DNA of 64,000 bases from the NCBI RefSeq assembly GCF_001949145.1, contig NW_019091355.1, positions 2,772,646-2,836,645 on the forward strand, in the 5' to 3' direction. The DNA is from Acanthaster planci (Eukaryota). The notes beneath the pieces were generated by a model. That model worked only from the letters and a program-made list of their open reading frames with translations, made no database searches and was not told where the DNA came from. Shown one piece after another: positions 62,194 to 64,000 of this stretch. A program made the position numbers and the translations under genes. Every line of letters starts with the position of its first letter. Position 1 is the first letter of the stretch.

Positions 62194-63840
62194 CTATTTC
62201 AATAAAATAGCACAATGCTACCGGCAGGGGATTCAACTTTAAGATGCTGCTTGTCTCTTGTAGCTGCTGTACTCTAAGCCTCGGCACCATGTTCCATTTC
62301 CAACTTGTCACATTCTCGTTTGCTGTGGAAATTAAAGAATAGACAATATAAAGCTGGATGATGTTATGGGCAGAAAGGAAAATACCGAATACAGTCTGCA
62401 GTCTGAAGACTTACCGTCCTGTTCACAGCCAGGTTAATAAAAAGAAAAACTATATTTAAATGAACCAGATAAAAATGCAGACAAAATCTTTTTTAAAAAG
62501 TTGTTTAAACAGTGCCTCGTTAACAGAATAGGGTGTGTTACTTAAGGTAATGAGACAAGCATAAGTGTTGACTGGAAGCAAAATACAATTACGAAGAACA
62601 GAGTGCATTTCCACACAAGTTGATTACCACAAACTCATTCATGGTTACACGTATTTGGCTTGTTTTTCTTCTGAAAGTTCAGACAGAACTTGCATTTATT
62701 ATTTTAAGATACACAAATATCCCAGTGGATCTTTTGTACTTTAAAAAGCCAAACATTTTTCACATGTTTCCAAATAGCTTGTAATATTTACAAGGCACAG
62801 TGATTGTTACATGGAATTAATGGCATGATATTAAAATGAGGTAACTATCTTTCTTGGTGAATATAGAGACAGCCAGTTGATATAAAGAAACAATTTCGGT
62901 GTCAAGAGGTAGGTGGCATTCATATCATGTCTTTATTTATAGAGGTATTTCTTTGGGCTTATTAAGAAAAACAAAATTTGAATAGCTCCCAACATAAAAA
63001 AAACAAACAGCAGGTGTAACTTGGAATTAATGGCAAATGCTAAAGAAACTATGACACTGGTCAATATGGGCTAATATACCAATGATGCAATACACACTAG
63101 AATATAGTGGCTTTGCATATTTTGTACAGACGTCCCAGAAATATGTACTCTTATGGGCTTCGGTGAGTGTTGAACTAAAGACGTTAATCTGTACTGTGAA
63201 AATAAATCTCCATATGATTTCATTTTTACAATTATTGCTACATCCATTTGTGCATGAATCTTTAAGATCTGAATTGGAGTTTTCAAAAGACTCCCAGTGA
63301 AAAGAATGGATTGAATCTGCTTTACTTTTCTGAATAATACTCATACACTGCTCATATCCTGACCCCCCAGGGGCCAGGATAATTTTCCTGAATATAATTG
63401 GAGATAATTAAGTTTTGCATGCAAACTCAATTGTCTCCAAGGCATATATAATGTTTTTGTACATGAACCACATAACCACTGATCATGGATTTCAATGCGC
63501 ATCATATCAACCACATCTCAAGAACAATGTTACCCTGAGGCGTGGATCAAACAGACCTGAGAGAATTAAATTTCGAACACACTGGTTCTGAATTAATGAT
63601 CAGTGCCTTATAAGCCTACCACATTCTCAATATTCAGGATAAATTACCATATCACTGCCAAAAATGTTGCCAAATCTCAAGAATAAGGACAGAAATCTGA
63701 ATCTGGATGTTGTAAATGTGTCCTAAGAGGATGGAAGTCACAGAAATTTTGTTTGTATGAACACGTACACACGTATACACTGTATGTAAGAACAATTCCA
63801 CTTAATTACATAATAATTCTAAATGTTTGAAAGCTTGATC

Positions 63841-64000
63841 CCACGTTACAGTGTTGTGGAACTTGAGTATTCCCACATTATGGTGTTGTGGAACTTGAGT
63901 ATTCAGACATTACAGTGTTGTGGAACTTGAGTATTCCCACATTACGGTGTTGTGGAACTTGAGTATTCACACATTACGGTGTTGTGGAACTTGAGTATTC
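63841..64000. repeat. 32-bp tandem repeat (CACATTACGGTGTTGTGGAACTTGAGTATTC+N), running off the right edge
   Basis: GTGTTGTGGAACTTGAGTATTC recurs at 63851, 63883, 63915, 63947 and 63979. Confidence 0.95.

Noticed and set aside
63841..64000. 32-bp repeat as a CRISPR array
   Set aside because: Head-to-tail tandem copies; the 10 nt between the conserved cores are near-identical rather than unique spacers.

Overview
Eukaryotic, intron-rich invertebrate genomic DNA. It is probably echinoderm/ambulacrarian, because it carries a hairpin whose 3' arm matches, from memory, miR-2008. No prokaryotic features are present, and most ORFs in the supplied track are spurious or exon fragments. Manual splicing (GT/GC-AG with continuous phase) gives four protein genes. 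(1) The 5' end of a chondroitin-sulfate GalNAc-transferase (CSGALNACT-like, minus strand, runs off the left edge). (2) A complete 12-exon, 468-aa FYVE-finger + armadillo-repeat gene (minus) with one GC-AG intron. (3) A complete 8-coding-exon, 721-aa OATP/SLCO transporter (minus). (4) A complete 5-exon, 216-aa MZB1/pERp1-like ER protein ending KVEL (plus). The middle region holds a DD35D pogo/Fot-type transposon cut by an assembly gap, an 18-bp minisatellite interrupted by a Penelope-type insert with a degenerate minimal hammerhead ribozyme, and a probable spliced non-coding host transcript for the miR-2008 hairpin. Several MITE families (TTAA/piggyBac-like, hAT-like and others) and tandem repeats are scattered through the introns. 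The best leads are the FYVE-ARM protein, the miRNA hairpin overlapping a candidate splice donor, the MZB1-like protein in an animal without immunoglobulins, and the hammerhead relic. Family assignments come from motif recognition only; no searches were run.
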